Below, piece by piece: positions 60,079 to 64,000 of a DNA stretch of 64,000 nt. This DNA comes from the human T2T-CHM13v2.0 reference genome, Homo sapiens, in NCBI RefSeq assembly GCF_009914755.1, contig NC_060932.1, one strand, 5' to 3'. The notes below the pieces were generated by a model. That model saw only the letters and a program-made list of their open reading frames with translations, was not told where the DNA came from and made no database searches. Position numbers and translations under genes: made by a program. Every line of letters begins with the position of its first letter. Within the stretch, counting starts at the first letter, position 1.

Positions 60079-60654
60079 TTAAATTAAAGTTTTTTAAGCT
60101 TATTTTACAAGGCCAAGATAAGCTTGCCTCAAAAGATATCAGAATCCTCAAAGGTTTTTTGAGTTATATCCTACCTATAATGTTTTTGAGCCTAAGATCA
60201 AAGATTATAGACTAGGACAATGCTTTCAATTACAGTTTATATCAGAAAGGAAAGGATTCTGGATTCATAGTTCAACTTTAATACAATTAAGATAGAAGTA
60301 ACTTCCAAAAGGGTACTAAACAGTTTCCAGATATTTATAGATATCTCTTTCAAAGAAATTGATAGTTAGCTAAGGGTAAAACATTTCAAAGTTTGGCAAA
60401 GATGTCAGTTTCTATTTTGATATTCCAAATCAGCTACATATTCTGGAAAGATTATAATATTATTTAAAGTAGAAAGCCTAATGAACTTGAAAATTTTAGC
60501 CCATCCATGTGGCTAAAAATAATTGCCAGGTAAGCCAACCCATGCATCAATAGTTTTTTTCGAAGTATTCTGAATGCAGAATTTCTTTTCTTTAAGAAAC
60601 ATTAAGTAGTTGCCCTTAACTTAAACAAGCTCTTAAATCATACCCCTCACTCCC

Positions 60655-61857
60655 AAAATAAATTCATATATTTATGGTCAAATGATTTTCAAGAAAAATG
60701 CCAAGAACAAATGATGAGAAAGGACAGTGCCTTCCAAAAATAGGGCTGGGAAAACTGAATATCTACATGCAGGAGAATGCAATTAGGCCCTCATCTCATA
60801 CCATAAACAAAAATCGACTAAAATAAAGATTTAAATGTAAGACTTGACACCATAAAACCACTAGAAAAAAAATATTGGGGAAAAGCTTGATGACATTGGT
60901 GTGGGCAATACTTCGTTTTGGATATAATTCTAAAAGCACAGGCAACAGGAAAAAAAAAGACAAATGGGCTAACATCAAACTAAAAAGCTTCTTCACAGCA
61001 AAGGAAACATCAACAGAGTGAAGAGACTATCTATTAAATTGAAGAATATATTTGCAAACTGTACATCTGATAAGGGGTTAATATCCAAAATATATATGAA
61101 ACTCTTATAACTCAACAGTAAGAAAACAAACAACCAGATTAAAAATAACCAAGGACTTAAATGGACATTTCCCCAAAGAAGACATACAAATGGCCAACAG
61201 GTATACAGCAAGGTGTTCAACATTAAGCCAGTATAGGAAAGAAACTCGGTCCTGGCAGATAAGTGACATAGTAACCCAGATCTCCTCACCCCCACTCCAT
61301 AGGCCTCAAATGTCTGGGCATTTCCCTGCCATACCTTCTTGCCTCCCTTAACAAGCTGACCAAAGTCAGGGAGTAGAAAGCTGCCTCTTCCTAACTTAGC
61401 TGACCTGGCTGAATCCCTAACCATAAAAAGAAGAAACTGACCATTTATATCTTTGAGTGATGTCTTCCAAGGTTACTGAAGTGAGACTCTGGCATTCCCA
61501 ACAATAAACAGACCAGATCCAGCCAGCCGAAGACAAGATGAATGAATTCCAGCACTGATCTTGCATGAAGTTTCCCTCATTGTAATACTGCAAATCACAT
61601 CCAGGGGTGGGGATTTAGCATGCTAATGACACATACGACACATGAAGAAATATGTTATCAAACTGCGCAGGTGCTAAAAGTTTCCTTCCTCTATATGCCT
61701 ACACATAGCTCCTTTTCTCGCCTTAGCTCCCTTAAAATGACAAGAGCCAAGCCCTTTGGGGAGCCGGCACTGAGATCCATTTTCTGTACATTTCTGCTTG
61801 CTTTGTGTGACCTGGAAGCCTATTAAAACCTTGCCTAGACAGAGCAAGACTCCGTCT

Positions 61858-61893
<36 letters not shown>

Positions 61894-62745
61894 GCCTAAG
61901 AAAAAATTCTGTTTGGTCTGGTGTTCATTTCTATTTACTTGAGAGTCAAGAATTCATAGTCTGAGCTTCAGTAAAAACATCACTAATCATCAGGGAAATG
62001 CAAATAAAACCACAATGACATATTACCTCACACTTGTGAGAATAGCTATAATAAAAAAGACAAAAGATAACAACTGTTAACAAGAATCTGGAGTAAAAGG
62101 AATCCTGGTGCACTGTTGGTAGCAATGTAATTCAGTACAGCCATTAAGGAAAATGGTATGGAAGTTCCTCAAAAAATTAAAAATGGAACTATCATATGAT
62201 CTAGCTATCCTACTTCTGGGTATGCATTCAAAGGAATTGAAATAAGGATTTGTAAGATACATCTGAACTCCCATGTGCATTTCAGAATTATTCACAATAG
62301 CCAAGATATGGAATTAATGTAAGTATATATCAGCAAATGAATGAAGAAAATATGGTATGTATACACAAGGGAATACTATTCAGCCATTAAAAATAGTAAA
62401 AAAACTGTGATTTGCAACAACAGGGATGAACCTGGAGGACATTATGTTAAGTGAAATAAGCCAGGCACAGAAAGACAAATACTGCATAATCTCACTTATA
62501 TGTGGAATGCAAAAAGGTCGAACTCATAGAAACAGAGAGTTGAATGTTGGTTACCAAAAGTTGGAGGTGAGGGGCTTTGGGAGATGTTGGTCAATCGATA
62601 CAACATTTCAGTTAGACCAGAGGAATAGTTTCAAGGGATCTATTGTACAACATGGTGACTACAGTTCAAAACAACATATTGTGTGCTTGGAAATTGATAA
62701 GAAAGAAGATTTCAAGTGTTCTCATCACACACACACACACACAAA
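60655..62745 (+). mobile_element. L1MA 3' fragment interrupted by an LTR (~61224-61976)
   Basis: L1 ORF2 text gtgttcaacat|...|acatcactaatcatcagggaaatgc resumes after a ~750-bp insert with ACAT duplication. Confidence 0.75.
61838..61889 (+). mobile_element. Extremely 5'-truncated Alu (21 nt + A31)
   Basis: gacagagcaagactccgtctc + pure poly(A); perfect TSD aaaaccttgccta; TT/AAAA target. Confidence 0.9.
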
Positions 62746-63435
62746 CAAGTTATAAATAAATAACTCCTGCTCCCTTGGAAATCAGTGAACTTTTATTTGA
62801 TAAAATGTACTTTATATTTTGGTTGCCCTATTTCTTGATCATTTTTAAAACATGCGACAATTCAGGGGGTACTTTAAATAATGTCGATGACTTCTATGAT
62901 TGGTGACAAAGCTTCTCTCAGGATTGTAAAAACAGCCTTTATTCCTATTGTATGTCTGTGTAAAAAACAACAAGTAATGACAGCATGAGGTGATTTCATT
63001 GTCACTAAGGTAACAATACCAGATACATTGAAAAGCATTGTTGGAACCAATTAAGTAAAGAGTGTATAATGCTTTAATTTTTCCAATCAATGTTTTACTT
63101 GGAAAAAGAATATAAAACAAACCAGAACAATAAAACAATTTTTTACCTTTCCCAAAATGTCACCAGCCTGGTTAGTTTCCAAAAGAGACTCACAAAATCA
63201 GAATTTTGCCAGGTGCAATACTGAAGGGCAATGGTGAGAACATCAATCCTTTGATGGCTCATTTTAATGTTAAGATATTTCAATAATTCTACAATGTATG
63301 AACATACTGGACAAAAGCACCTCTTCTAGATTTCTCCTCTATTCCAGTGCAAAAACCAGCTTGAGCATCTCCAGTGCACATGGCTGAACTGAAGTCTCTC
63401 CAACTTTATAGGATCTTAAGTAAAAGAATTTTGCT

Positions 63436-63803
<368 letters not shown>

Positions 63804-64000
63804 TTACACCTTGAGATTTTTCTTGCATAACAAAAATCTACTATTGGCAAGACATTTTATAAATAAAGACACGGTGGCCTTGGTGTCCCACCACATTTAT
63901 GCAAGCGAAGCTATAATCCAGTCTTCATCATCATCCTTCTCTTCAATATAAACTGAAATAGGTTCTGTAAAAAATATAAGAAATAATGATAAAATAAAAC

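Noticed and set aside
63150-63400. Alternative reading SHQRIDVLTIAL..W and WRD resembling a METTL24-like methyltransferase
   Set aside because: Short motifs in different frames with no supporting neighbouring segments; the CFAP47-like reading has colinear support from other segments

Overview
Primate (almost certainly human) genomic DNA, about half transposon-derived. It holds two spliced housekeeping genes arranged head-to-head on a shared CpG-island promoter. NUDCD1 (CML66) is on the minus strand: coding exons 1-3 plus an alternative 5' coding exon, continuing off the left edge. ENY2 (SAGA/TREX-2 subunit, Sus1 orthologue) is complete on the plus strand: 5 coding exons, 101 aa, long 3' UTR. 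NUDCD1 intron 2 contains a nested insertion stack: an old L1M fragment, a full-length L1PB1 within it, and a two-LTR HERV-H provirus (tRNA-Phe-type primer site) plus two Alus within that. Most ORFs in the supplied track are repeat-derived or chance. There is no prokaryotic system, CRISPR array or RNA gene. The most interesting unexplained signal lies downstream of ENY2 on the minus strand: five colinear, stop- and frameshift-riddled segments, several with good splice acceptors, that by eye resemble the ASH/Ig-repeat and CH-domain region of CFAP47. This may be a decayed ciliary gene; it is an inference from remembered protein motifs and needs a homology search. Repeat subfamily names are by-eye calls, and boundaries are approximate unless a TSD is quoted.
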